Assembly: GCA_038087875.1 (NCBI GenBank)
Contig: CM075995.1
Coordinates: 8,682,001-8,746,000, forward strand
DNA: 64,000 nt
Direction: 5' to 3'
Origin: Malacoraja senta
Lineage: Eukaryota
The notes under the pieces were generated by a model, which ran no database searches, had not been told where the DNA came from, and worked only from the letters and a program-made list of their open reading frames with translations. Shown here one piece after another: positions 12,785-26,012 of the stretch (position 1 is the stretch's first letter; every line of letters starts with the position of its first letter). Both the position numbers and the translations under genes were made by a program.

Positions 12785-13128
12785 AGAAACATAGAAAATA
12801 GGTGCAGGAGGCCATTCGGCCCTTCGAGCCAGCACCGCCATTCATTGTGATCATGGCTGATCGTCCCCAATCAATAACCCGTGCCTGCCTTCTCCCCATA
12901 TCCCTTGACACCACTAGCCCCTAGAGCTCTATCTAACTCTCTCTTAAATCCATCCAGTGACTTGGCCTCCACTGCCCTCTGTGGCAGGGAATTCCACAAA
13001 TTCACAACTCTCTGGGTGAAAACGTTTTTTCTCACCTCAGTCTTAAATGACCTCCCCTTTATTCTAAGACTGTGGCCCCTGGTTCTGGACTCGCCCAACA
13101 TTGGGAACATTTTTCCTGCATCTAGCTT
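12785..13128 (-). mobile_element. CR1 LINE 3' fragment inserted in a (TAGTG)n linker
   Basis: ORF 12871-13110; flanked by tagtgtagt on both sides. Confidence 0.9.
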
Positions 13129-13347
13129 GTAGTGTAGTCTGTTGCAGTGGGCTGTAGTACAGTTCAGTTTAGGAGGGGTGGCACGGTGGCCCAGCGGTAA
13201 CCCACAGCTAACAATGGCCTGTTTCCTTTATCATCATTACTTCTTTGCATATCTTTCATTCATTTGTTCTATATCTCTCTACATCACCGTCTGTATCTCT
13301 CGTTCCCCTCTCCCCTCACTCTCAGTATCAGGCAGTGTCTCACCCCG

Positions 13348-13658
13348 AAACGTCACCTATCCATGTTCTCCACAGATGCTGCCTGACCCGCTGAGTTACT
13401 CCAGCACTCTGTGAAACGTCACCTATCCATGTTCCGGCAGCATCTATGGAGCGAAGGAAATAGGCAACGTTTCGGCCCGAAACCCTTCCGGGTTTCGGCC
13501 CGAAACGTTGCCTATTTCCTTCAGGGTTTCGGCCCGAAAGGTTGCCCATTTCCTTCGCTCCACAGATGCTGCCTGACCCGCTGAGTTACTCCAGCACTCT
13601 GTGAAACGTCACCTATCCATGTTCTCCACAGATGCTGCCTGACCCGCTGAGTTACTCC
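13348..13658 (+). repeat. 66-bp Penelope pLTR-derived tandem repeat with palindromic cassette
   Basis: Unit gaaacgtcacctatccatgttctccacagatgctgcctgacccgctgagttactccagcactctgt; cassette at 13436-13573. Confidence 0.9.
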
Positions 13659-14977
13659 TGTGTGTTTTTTTTAAATTGTAAACCAGTTCTTTGTGTCTAC
13701 ATCGGACAATTCATTCATCACTTAGAATCATCAACCCACATCATTTTGACTCATAAGTAATATAGTAAAATGTCCCAAGGCACTTCATAGGAATGCAGTC
13801 AGACAGTACGTGTGACACAAATCCAAGACAGACAGGATGAGCGGTGAGTAATAACTCGGTCAAAGTTTCGTGGACTCTTTTTGAAGGAGAATAGGAGAAA
13901 ACTCAAAAGTTTAGTTTAGAGATAAAGCGCGGAAACAGGCCCTTCGGCCCACCGAGTCCGTGCCGGCCAGCGATCACCATGTACACTAGTACTCTCCTAC
14001 ACACACTGGGGACAATTAATGGGCCCCATATCTGAGGAAGGATGTGCTGGCTCTGGAGAGGGTCCAGAGGAGGTTTATACAAGAATGATCCCAGGAATGA
14101 GTGGGTTAACCTATGATGAGCGTTTGTCGGCGCTGGGCCTGTACTCGCTGGAGTTTAGAAGGATGAGGGGGGGCCTCATTGAATCGTACATAATAGTGAA
14201 AGGCCTGGATAGAGTGGATGTGAAGAGGATGTTTCCACTAGTGGGAGAGTCTAGGACCAGAGGTCACAGCCTCAGAATTAAAGGACGTACTTTTAGGAAG
14301 GAGATGAGGAGGAATTTCTTTATTCAGAGGGTGGTGAATCTGTGGGATTCTTTGCCACAGACGGCTGTGGAGGCCACAAGTCAGTGGATATATTTTAAGG
14401 TGGAGGTAGATAGATTCTTGATTAGTGCGGGTGTCAGAGGTTATGGGGAGAAGGGAGGAGAATGGGGTTAGGAGGGAGAGATAGATCAGCCATGATCGAA
14501 TGGCGGAGTAGACTTGATGGGCCGAATGGCCTAATTCTGCTCCGATCACTTCAGATCTTATGATCTTACGGAGATGAGGATAGACACAAACTGCTAGAGT
14601 AACTGACTGTACCTCGGTATATGTGACAATAAACTACACTGCAAACTGAGGCGGGCAGCAGTGGGAACTCAAGTGCAATGTGAGATTGTTGCAGTGAGGG
14701 GCTGATTCTCTGGGTATTTTCAGCAGCTGGTTCCGCAGTGAACATGCACTACTGGTCTGGAGTTCATCATATGATGCTTTCTGCGGCAATACAATGCAGC
14801 TTCTGTGCACTGCGCAGACAGATGACTTCAGACCGGGGGAGAATGTGAAAAATTGCAACGTTCACAGAATGCGCATTTCGAAGTCACAAGAGCTGTCGAC
14901 TTTTAGACACTGGGCTTTCCGAGACACAGCGTGGAAACGGGCCCTTCGGCCCACCGAGTCCGTGCTGCCCTGCGGTC

Positions 14978-15511
14978 ATAGATACATAGAAACATAGAAA
15001 ATAGGTGCAGGAGTAGGCCATTCGGCCCTTCGAGCCTGCACCGCCATTCAATGTGATCATGGCTGATCATCCAACTCAGTATCCCGTACCTGCCTTCTCT
15101 CCATACCCCCTGATCCCTTTAGCCACAAGGGCCACATCTAACTCCCTCTTAAATATAGCCAATGAACTGGCCTCAACTACCCTCTGTGGCAGAGAGTTCC
15201 AGAGATTCACCACTCTCTGTGTGAAAACGTTTTTCCTCATCTCGGTCTTAAAGGATTTCCCCCTTATCCTTAAGTTGTGACCCCTTGTCCTGGACTTCCC
15301 CAACATCGGGAACAATCTTCCTGCATCTAGCCTGTCCAACCCCATAAGAATTTTGTACGTTTCTATAAGATCCCCTCTCAATCTCCTAAATTCTAGCGAG
15401 TATAAGCCAAGTCTATCCAGTCTTTCTTCATATGAAAGTCCTGACATCCCAGGAATCAGTCTGGTGAACCTTCTCTGCACTCCCTCTATGGCTATAATGT
15501 CCTTCCTCATA
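14978..15511 (-). mobile_element. CR1 LINE 3' fragment (young 'KILMGLDRLDAGRL' subfamily)
   Basis: ORF 15076-15510 is nearly identical to the copies at 33277-34250 and 37163-37808. Confidence 0.92.
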
Positions 15512-15934
15512 CGCTATCCTACACGCTCTAGGGACAAGGTAGCGTAGCCAGTCGACCCACAAACCCGCACGTCTTGGGAGTGAGGGAGAAACCGGAGCAC
15601 CCGGAGAAATCCCACGGGGAAGAACGTACAAACTCCGTACAGACGGCACCAGTAGTCTGTACACCGTGGACGGCTCGATTGTAATCATGTGTTGTCTTTC
15701 CGCTGACCGGTTAGCACGCAACAAAAGCTTTTCACTGTACCCCGCTACACGTGACAATAAACAAAACTATCCATGTACCTGTCCAAATGTGCCTTTAGAT
15801 GTTGTTATGGTTACTGCCTCTAATACCTGCTGTGGCTGCTTGATCCACACACCTACCTCCCTCTGGAAAACGTTATTAACCAACACACCTATTATTGACC
15901 TATTAAATCATCCCTCGCTCGCAAACCTAACTTC

Positions 15935-16502
15935 CTGAGAAGATTACGGAGAGTCGGTTTGTCAAGGAGGACTCTCTCTAACTTCTACAGGTGCACAGTA
16001 GAGAGCATGCTGACCGGTTGCATCGTGGCTTGGTTCGGCAACTTGAGCGCCCTGGAGCGGAAAAGACTACAAAAAGTAGTAAACACTGCCCAGTCCATCA
16101 TCGGCTCTGACCTCCCTTCCATCGAGGGGATCTACCGCAGTCGCTGCCTCAAAAAGGCTGGCAGTATCATCAAGGACCCACACCATCCTGGCCACACACT
16201 CATCTCCCCGCTACCTTCAGGTAGGAGCCTGAAGACTGCAACGTCCAGGTTCAGGAATAGCTACTTCCCCACAGCCATCAGGCTATTAAACTTGGCTCGG
16301 ACAAAACTCTGAACATTAATAGCCCATTATCTGTTTATTTGCACTTTACCAGTTTGTTTATTCATGTGTGTATATATATATATAATGGTATATGGACACA
16401 CTGATCTGTTCTGTAGTCAATGCCTACTATGTTCTGTTGTGCTGAAGCAAAGCCAGAATTTCATTGTCCTATCAGGGACACATGACAATAAACTCTCTTG
16501 AA
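15935..16502 (+). mobile_element. Rex1/Babar LINE 3' end
   Basis: NFYRCTVESMLTGCIVAWFGN..RLQKVVNTAQSIIG..IIKDPHHPGH..RFRNSYFPTAIRLLN*. Confidence 0.88.
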
Positions 16503-19500
16503 TCTATGTCCTCTGGTCCTCGATTCCCCTACTCTGGGCAAGAGACTCCGTGTGTCTACCCGATCTATTCCTCTCATGATTTTGTACACCTCTATAAGAT
16601 CTGCCCTCATCCTCCTGCGCTCCAAGGAATAGAGTCCCAGCCTGCTCAACCTCTCCCTGTAGCTCAGGCCCTCGAGTCTTGGCAACATCCCCGTAAATCT
16701 TCTCTGTACCCTTTCCTGCTTGACAACATCAAGAGAAAAGTCCAGTGAGGTAGATTGGAAGATCGGTCAGCACCCCTAGCTTATGGAAGGACCGTCTAGA
16801 AGCCTGAGGGGAAGAAGCTGTTCCTGAGTCTGGTGGTGCGGGCTTTCAAGCCGGACGGGAGCGGGGAGAAGAAGTATGAGAGGCGGGGGGACCTCGTTGA
16901 AACTTACCGAATAGTGAAAGGCCTGGAGAGAGTGGATGTGGAGAGGATGTTTCCACTAGTGGGAGAGTCTAGGACCGGAGGCCACAGCCTTAGAAATAAA
17001 GGACGTTCCTTTAGAAAGGAGATGAGGAGGAATTTCTTTAGTCAGAGGGTGGTGAATCTGTGGAATTCATTGGAGGCCAAGTCAGTGGATATTTTTAAGG
17101 TGAAGATAGACAGATTCTTGGTTAGTGCGGGGTGTCGGGGGCTATGGGGAGAAGGCAGGAGAATGGGGTTGAGAGGGAACGATAGATCAGCCGTGATTGA
17201 ATGGCAGAGCAGACTTGATGGGCCGAATGGCCTAATTCTGCTCCTATCACTGATGAAATTACATGAAGATGGAATAACCGGGGTGTGAAGGATCCTGGAT
17301 GCTCTCGATAGATCAGGGAAGTTACTAACCAGGCAGGAATGCTACGCCGTATATTTTGGGATGAGTTATCGCTACTGAGTAAAGGGATTTTCCAGTGATG
17401 AGGTTTGGATAGAATTTTACTTACAGTTTGATGGAGCCAAAAAACTAGAACGATCGTGTAGTGTGGGTGTCGGGGGTTATGGGGAGAAGGCAGGAGAATG
17501 GGGTCAGGAGGGAGAGATAGATCACCCGCGATTACAGTGCATGGCGGAGTAGACTTGATGGGCCGAATGGTCTAATTCTGCTCCTGTCACTTATGACCTC
17601 ATGAATTCGTACACCTCACGCTGCCTCGGCAAGGCCAGCAGCATCATCAAGGACCAGTCTCACCCCCGGCCCTCCCTCTTCTCTCCCCTCTCCCATCGGG
17701 CAAGAGGTACAGAAGTGTGAAAACAAACGCACACACCTCCAGATTCAGGGACGGTTTCTTCCCAGCTGTGATCAGGCAACTGAACCATCCCATCACGGTG
17801 GCCCAGCGGTAGAGTCGCTGCCTCAGAACGCCAGAGACCCGGGTTCGATCCTGACTGCGGGTGCTGTCTGTACGGAGTTTGTACGTTCTCCCCGTGACCT
17901 GCGTGGGTTTTCTCCGGGTGCTCCGGTTTCCTCCCACACTCCCGAGACAATAGACAATAGGTGCAGGAGTAGGCCATTCGGCCCTTCGAGCCAGCACCGC
18001 CATTCAATGTGATCATGGCTGATCATCCCCAATCAGTACCCCGTTCCTGCATTCTCCCCATATCCCCTGACTCCGCTATCTTTAAGAGCCCTATCTAGCT
18101 CTCTCTTGAAAGCATCCAGAGAACCTGCCTCCACCGCCCTCTGAGGCAGAGAATTCCACAGACTCACCACTCTCCTACTTGCATTATCCTACACACCAGG
18201 GACAATCTGTTTAAGTTTGAGTCGAGTTTATTGTCACCTGTACCGAGGTACAGTGAAAAACTTTTGTTGCGTGCTAACCAGTCAGTAGAAAGACAATACA
18301 TGATTACAATCGAGCCGTCCACAGTGTACAGATACATGATGAAGGGAATAACATAAATAATGCTTATTGTAAGATAAAGTCCATTAAAGTCCAATGAAAG
18401 ATAGTCTGTGGGTCTCCAATGAGGTAGATGGTGCTCAGGACTGCTCTCTAGTTGTCTCTAGGATGTTTAACGTACAAACCTGCACGTCTTTGGAGAGTGG
18501 GAGGAAACCGGAGCACCCGGAGAAAACCCACGCAGGTCACGGGGAGAACGTACAAACTCCATGCGGACAGCGCCCGCACTCAGGATCGAACCCGGGTCTC
18601 TTTACAACAAGAGGAATCGAATCGAATATAGGAGCAAAGAGGTCCTTCTGCAGTTGTACAGGGCCCTAGTGAGACCACACCTGGAGTATTGTGGGCAGTT
18701 CTGGTCCCCTAATTTGAGGAAGGACATTCTTGCTATTGAGGGAGTGCAGCGTAGGTTTACAAGGTTAATTCCCGGGATGGCGGGACTGTCATATGCTGAG
18801 AGAATGGAGCGGCTGGGCTTGTACACTCTGGAGTTTAGAAGGATGAGAGGAGATCTCATTGAAACATATAAGATTGTTACAGGCTTGGACACACTAGAGG
18901 CAGGAAACATGTTCCCGATGTTGGGGGGAGTCCAGAACATGGGGACACAGTTTAGGAATAAGGAGGAAGCCATTTAGAACGGAGACGAGGAAACACTTTT
19001 TCTCACAGAGAGTTGTGAGTCTGTGGAATTCTCTGTCTCAGAGGGCGGTGGAGGCCGGTTCTCTGGATGCTTTCAAGAGAGAGCTAGATAGGGCTCTTAA
19101 AGATAGCGGAGTCAGGGGATATGGGGAGAAGGCAGGAACCGGGTACTGATTGGGGATGATCAGCCATGATCACATTGAATGGCGGTGCTGGCTGGAAGGG
19201 CCGAATGGCCTACTCCTGCACCTATTGTCTATTGTCTATTGTCTCTGGCGCTGTGGGGCAGCAACTCTACTGCTGCGCCACCGTCCCGCCACTTTGCTTC
19301 GTAACTTGATATACTTCTATTAGGGTCTCCTCTGAGCCCAAGTTTGCATTCTTCTAAAAAAAGAAAATTTTCAAAGAAATCTTCAAAGACATTTTTTAAA
19401 CCAACAATCAGTCGTTAATGTCGGAGGCAGTCTCTATTCAGGCCAGCTTGGTTTCTCAGAGTAATGCTGACTGCACTGACTTATGTTGGGATTAAACTAC

Positions 19501-20869
19501 CACAAACGACACCAGTCCCCACCCAAATGCCCATCCCACACACACGCCCGCAAGCATTCAACCACACACTCTACACCAACTCAAGTCATTTCCTCTCATC
19601 CTCTTGGATCCATGCGTTCCAGCTTTATAGACAATAGACAATAGACAATAGGTGCAGGTGTAGGCCATTTGGCCCTTCGAGCCAGCACCGCCATTCAATG
19701 TGATCATGGCTGATCATCCCCAATCAGTACCCCGTTCCTGCCTTCTCCCCATATCCCCTGACTCCGCTATCTTTAAGAGCCCTATCCAGCTCTCTCTTGA
19801 AAGCATCCAGCTTTCTGGACAAACCTCACATTCGCAGACAGACACAAAATGCTGGAATAACTCAGTGGGACAGGCAGCTGCTCTGCGGAGAACAGATGGA
19901 TTACTTTTCGGGTCAAGGCAATAGACAATAGACAATAGGTGCAGGTGTAGGCCATTCGGCCCTTCGAGCCAGCACCGCCATTCAATGTGATCATGGCTGA
20001 TCATCCCCAATCAGTACCCCGTTCCTGCCTTCTCCCCATATCCCCTGACTCCGCTATCTTTAAGAGCCCTATCCAGCTTTCTCTTGAAAGTATCCAGAGA
20101 ACCTGCCTCCACCGCCCTCCGAGGCAGAGAATTCCACAGACTCACCACTCTCTGTGAGAAAAAGTGTTTCCTCGTCTCTGTTCTAAATGGCTTACTCCTT
20201 ATTCTTAAACTGTGTGGCCCCTGGTTCTGGACTCCCTCAACTTCGGGAACATGTTTCCTGCCTCAAGCGTGTCCAAGCCCTTAACAATCTTATATGTTTC
20301 AATGAGATACCCTCTCATCCTTCTAAACTCCAGAGTGTACAAGCCCAGCCGCTCAGATTCTTCTTCAGACTCAACCCGGAGTTGATTGACTTCAGTCTCG
20401 ACCCGAAACGTCACCCATTCCTTCTCTCCAGAGATGCTGCCTGTCCCGCTGAGTTACTCCAGTAATTTGTGTCTATCTTCGATTGAAACCAGCATCTGCA
20501 GTTCCTTCCCACACATCTCACATTTGTATCTCTGGAACATCGGAGGTTGAGGGGAGACCCGAGAAGATTATGAGAGGCCTCGATAGGGTAGACAGTCAAA
20601 ACCTTTTTCCCCAGGGTGGAAATGTCGAACACTTCCTCCCACACTTGTGTGAAAACAAACGCACACACCTCCAGAATCAGGGACAGTTTCTTCCAGCTGT
20701 TATCAGGCAACTGAACCATCCTACCACAACCAGAGAGCAGTGCTGAACTACTATCTACCTCATTGGTGACCCTCAGACTATCCTGGATCGGACTTTACTG
20801 GCTTTACCTTGCACTAAACGTTATTCTATTATCATGTATCTGTACACTGTATCTGTAAATGGATCGATT

Positions 20870-22085
20870 GTTAGTGCTATACGGGTGGGTTTAAACTAAA
20901 TAGTGGGGGGGGGGGGTTGACAAATTGGGAGTATAAAGATGGAATTAAAGGGAAAGAGAGCACAGGAAAAGTTACGAGTGGCTGCTGAATTTATGGGACA
21001 GAAAGTTCAAGAGGGATAAGAGAGTATGGTCAGGTGAAATGGGAACCGTTGTGAGAGGGGAGGTGGACAACGGATTAAAAGTGTTGTGTATGAATGCGCG
21101 AAGTATAAGGAATAAAGTGGACGAGCTTGAGGCTCAGTTAGAGATTGGCAAGTAGGGTTATTGATCGGGGACGATCAGCCATGATCACAATGAATGGTGG
21201 TGTTGGCTCGAAGGGCCGAATGGCCTCCTGCTGCACCTATTTCCTGTGTTTCTATGTTTCTATGTTAAGTATGATGTTGTGGAAATTACAGAGACATGGC
21301 TGCAACAGGGCCAGGGCTGGGAACTGAATATTAGACAATAGACAATAGGTGCAGGAGTAGGCCATTCGGCCCTTCGAGCCAGCACCCCCATTCAATGTGA
21401 TCATCCCCAATCAGTACCCCGTTCCTGCCTTCTCCCCATATCCCCTGACTCTGCTATTTTTAAGAGCCCTATCTAGCCCCCTCTTGAAAGTATCCAGAGA
21501 ACCTGCCTCCACCGCCCTCTGAGGCAGAGAATTCCACAGACTCACCACTCTCTGTATACCTTCAAGGGTATACCTCCTATCGAAAAGACACACAGGTGGG
21601 CAGAGGGGGTGGGGTTGCTCTGTTGGTGAGGAATGAAATTCAGTCCCTTGCAAGGGGTGACATTGAAACAGGAGATGTGGAGTCAGTATGGATAGAACTA
21701 AGGAATTGTAAGGGTAAAAAGACCCTAATGGGACTAATCTACAGGCCCCCAAACAGTAGCTTGGACATAGGGCACAAGTTGAATCAGGAGTTAAAATTGG
21801 CATGTCGCAAAGGTAATGCTGTGGTTGTTATGGGAGATTTCAACATGCAGGTAGACTGGGAAAATCAGGTTGGTACTGGACCCCAAGAAAGGGACTTTGT
21901 AGAGTGCCTTCGTGATGGATTCTTAGAACAGCTTGTATTGGAGCCTACCAGGGAAAAGGCAATTCTGGATTTAGTGTTGTGTAATGAAGCGGATTTGATA
22001 AAGGACCTTGAGGTTAAGGAGTTAGTGACCACAATACGATAAGTTTTAATCTGCAATTTGAGAGGGAGAAGGTTAAATCAGAAGG
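20870..22085 (+). mobile_element. CR1 LINE ORF1-end / ORF2 APE endonuclease region, interrupted by two CR1 3'-end insertions
   Basis: Reassembled: LKVLCMNARSIRNKVDELEAQLEIGK-YDVVEITETWL..GWELNI-QGY..GRGGGVALLV..IYRPPN..VMGDFN..ILDLVLCN. Confidence 0.88.
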
Positions 22086-23479
22086 CAGTGGAGGCCGATT
22101 CACTGAATGCATTCAAAAGAGAGTTAGATAGAGCTCTTAGGGCTAGCGGAGTCAGGGGATATGGGGAGAAGGCAGGAACGGGGTACTGATTGGGGATGAT
22201 CAGCCATGATCACATTGAATGGCGGTGATGGCTCGAAGGGCCGAATGGCCTACTCCTGCACCTATTGTCTATGTTTCTATGTAATCGCGTATTGTCTTTC
22301 TGCTGACTGGTTAGCACGCAACAAAAAGCTTTTCACTGTACCTCGGTACAGGTGACAATAAACCCCCGTGGGTTGTCTCCGGGTGCTCCGGTTTCCTCCC
22401 ACACTCCAAAGACGTGCGGGTTTGTAGGCCAATTGGCTTCGGTAAAAATGGTACATTCCGTAGCATTGTAAATGGTCCCTTGCGTGCGTAAGACAGTGTT
22501 AATGTACGAGGTGATCGCTGGTCGGCGCGGACTCGGTGGGGCCGAAGGGCCTGTTTTCTGCGCTGTATCTCTGAAGCTAAATGTCCAACGCGAGGATGAA
22601 GAGGGGGGGGGCTCTAAAAAGGAAAACGTTGTTGTCACAGGATTCCCCGAGCAGAAACCGGAACAGAATCATTTGCCAGTTCGCAACTAGCACAGAGCTT
22701 TTTCTTGTGCAAGGCCACCGAGCCTTTCATTCATTCGAAGGTACAATTCTCAATGCAAAAGCTGTTCAGATTCCAGCGAATGCAAATGACTGGAGTAAGT
22801 CAACACATGCAGCTCACCCTTCAAAGCCCAGCGGCATGAATGTTGATTCCCCCAACCTCAAGTAACCCTTGCTTTCCCCTCTCTCTCCGTCCCTCACCCA
22901 CCCTAGTTCTCCGACCAGTCTGACTGTCCCCCCCGCCCCCCGATTACATTTTATCTGAAGAAGAGTCTCGACCTGAAACCCAGGGGGGGTCCAGAACCAG
23001 GAGCCACAGTTTAAGAATAAGGAGTAAGCCATTTAGAACGGAGACGAGGAAACACTTTTTCTCACAGAGAGTGGTGAGTGTGGAATTCTCTGCCTCAGAG
23101 GGCGGTGGAGGCAGGTTCTCTGGATGCTTTCAAGAGAGAGCTAGATAGGGCTCTTAAAGATAGCGGAGTCAGGGGATATGGGGAGAAGGCAGGAACGGGG
23201 TACTGATTGGGGATGATCAGCCATGATCACATTGAATGGCTCAAAGGGCCTACTCCTGCACCTATTGTCTATTGTCACCCATTCCTTCTCTCCAGAGATG
23301 CTGCCTGCCCCGCTGAGTTACTCCAGCTTTATTGTGTCGATCAACATCTTAAATTTTATCGTTGTCACCTTCTCCTAGTTAACGTGAACCATTCTTCCTT
23401 TGTCCTTGAACTTCCTCCCCTTTGATGTCTCGTTTTCACACCTCACCCTTCCTCATCTCGGTGCCTCCCTCTCCCCTGA

Positions 23480-23669
23480 AGGGCCTGTCCCACTTGGGCG
23501 TCATTTGCGCGTCACGCAGGTGGCGGGCGAAGATTTGGCGAATCCCAAAATCCTGGGGCGCCGCGCGCAACCGAGCGTCACGGCCTACGTCACCACGCAT
23601 CGTGCTTCGTGACGCGTAAACGATGTCGCGTAAATGACGGGCAAATGACGCCCAAGTGGGACAGGCCCT
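23480..23669. mobile_element. Intact PIF/Harbinger-like MITE with 3-bp TSD
   Basis: TGA-AGGGCCTGTCCCACTTGGGCGTCATTTG...CAAATGACGCCCAAGTGGGACAGGCCCT-TGA. Related or partial copies near 645-940, 29150-29275, 46690-46848, 52100-52526, 61945-62259. Confidence 0.8.
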
Positions 23670-25329
23670 TGACTCTCAGTCTGAAGAAGGGTCTCGACAC
23701 AAAACGTCACCCGTTCCCTCTCTCCAGAGGTGCTGCCTCACCTGCTGAGTTACTCCAGCATTTTGTGTCTGTCCAAAGCTGCCTCATGGTTTCAGTACCA
23801 GCAGCTCAACTGTTACCAGGCAACTGAACCATCCCACTGCAACCAGGGAGCAGTCCGGAACTACTATCTACCTCATTGGTGACCTTCAGACTATCTTTAA
23901 TCAGACTTCACCGGATTTCCCTTACACTAAACGTTACTAGACAATAGACAATTGGTGCAGGAGTAGGCTGTTCGGCCCTTCGAGCCAATCAATGTGATCA
24001 TGGCTGATCAACCACAATCAGTATCCCGTTCCTGCCTTCTCCCCATATCCCCTGACTCCACTATCTTTAAGAGCCCTATCTAGCTCTCTCTTGAAAGCAT
24101 CCAGAGAACCGGCCTCCACCGCCCTCTGAGGCAGAGAATTCCACAGACTCACAACTCTCTGTGAGAAAAAGTGTTTCCTCGTCTCCGTTCTAAATGGCTT
24201 ACTCCGTATTCTTAAACTGTGGCCCTTATCGTGTGCATGGTTCGATTGTAATCATGTATTGTCTTTCCGCCAACTGGTTAGCACGCAACGAGAGCTTCAC
24301 GCCGACCCTCGGTACAGGTGACAATAAACTAAACTGAAACTGAAAACGTTTGGTGTGCTGTAGTTTCGAGGTACAGCGCAGAAGTGGGTCCTACAGCCCA
24401 CCGAGCCCACCACGACCAGCGATCGACCGGTACACTAACACTATCCTACACACTAGTTACAATTTATTATTTTTACCAAAGCCAATTAACCTACAAACCT
24501 GGACATCTCTGGAGTGTGGGAGGAAACCAGTGCACCCGGAGTAAACCCACACAGTCACAGGGAGAACGTACAAACTCTGTACAGACAGCGCCCGTGGTCA
24601 GGATCGAACCAGGGTCTCTGGTGCCGTGAGGCTGCAACCCCACCGCTGTGCCACCATGCCGTCTAGTGTAGTGTAGTCTGTTGCAGTGTGACAATAGACA
24701 ATAGGTGCAGGAGGAGGCCATTTGGCCCTTCGAGCCAGCACCGCCATTCAATGTGATCATGGCTGATCATCCCCAATCAGTACCCCGTTCCTCCCTTTTC
24801 CCCATATCCCCTGACTCCGCTATCTTTAAGAGCCCTATCTAGCTCTCTCTTGAAAGCATCCAGAGAACCGGCCTCCACCGCCCTCTGAGGCAGAGAATTC
24901 CACAGACTCGCCACTCTCTGTGAGAAAAAGTGTTTCCTCGTCTCCGTTCTAAATGGCTTACCCCTTATTCTTAAACTGTGGCCCCTGGTTCTGGACTCCC
25001 CCAACATCGGGAACATGTTTCCTGCCTCTAGCGTGTCCAAACCCCTTAACAATCTTATATGTTTCAATAAGATTCCCTCTCATCCTTCTAAACTCCAGAG
25101 TGTACAAGCCCAGCTGTGGGCTGTAGTACAGTTCAGTTTAGGAGGGGTGGCGTGGTGGCCCTGCGGTAACCCCCAGCTAACAACGGCCTGTTTCCTTTAT
25201 CATCATTACTTCTTTGCATATCTTTCATTCATTTGTTCTATATCTCTCTACATCACCGTCTGTATCTCTCGTTCCCCTCTCCCCCGACTCTCAAGCAGTG
25301 TCTCGCCCCAAAACGTCACCTATCCATGT

Positions 25330-25750
25330 GTTGAAGAAGGAACTGCAGATGCTGGAAAATCGAAGGTAGACAAAAATGCTGGAGAAACTCAGCGGGTGCA
25401 GCAGCATCTATGGAGCGAAGGAAATAGGCAACGTTTCGGGCTGAAACCCTTCTTCAGACTGATAGGGGGTGAGGGGCGGGGAGAAAAAAGGAAAAAGGAG
25501 GAGGAGGAGGAGGTTGCGAAACTGTCTCAGGAGAGAGGAATCTCCTCAAGGTATGGTATGCCTACTTTGAAGAAGTTCTCCTCCTCTCTCCGGAGACAGT
25601 TTCACTTCCTCCTCCTCCTCCTCCTTTTTCCTTTTTTCTCCCCGCCCCCACCCCCCCACTCCCTATCAGTCTGAAGAAGGGTTTCGGACCGAAACGTCGC
25701 CTATTTCCTTCGCTCCATAGATGCTGCTGCACCCGCTGAGTTACTCCAGC
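25330..25750. mobile_element. Penelope-derived fold-back element with long inverted pLTR arms
   Basis: Arms about 25377-25535 and 25585-25750 are reverse complements; hammerhead-like motif in each arm. Confidence 0.8.
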
Positions 25751-26012
25751 ACTCTGTGAAACGTCACCTATCCATGTTCCCCACAGATGCTGCCTGACCC
25801 GCTGAGTTACTCCAGCACTCTGTGAAACGTCACCTATCCATGTTCCAGCAGCATCTATGGAGCGAAGGAAATAGGCAACGTTTCGGCCCGAAACCCTTCC
25901 GGGTTTCGGCCCGAAACGTTGCCTATTTCCTTCAGGGTTTCGGCCCGAAAGTTTGCCCATTTCCTTCGCTCCACAGATGCTGCCTGACCCGCTGAGTTAC
26001 TCCAGCACTCTG
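25751..26012 (+). repeat. 66-bp tandem repeat with palindromic cassette
   Basis: Same unit as 13348; cassette at 25847-25984. Confidence 0.9.
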
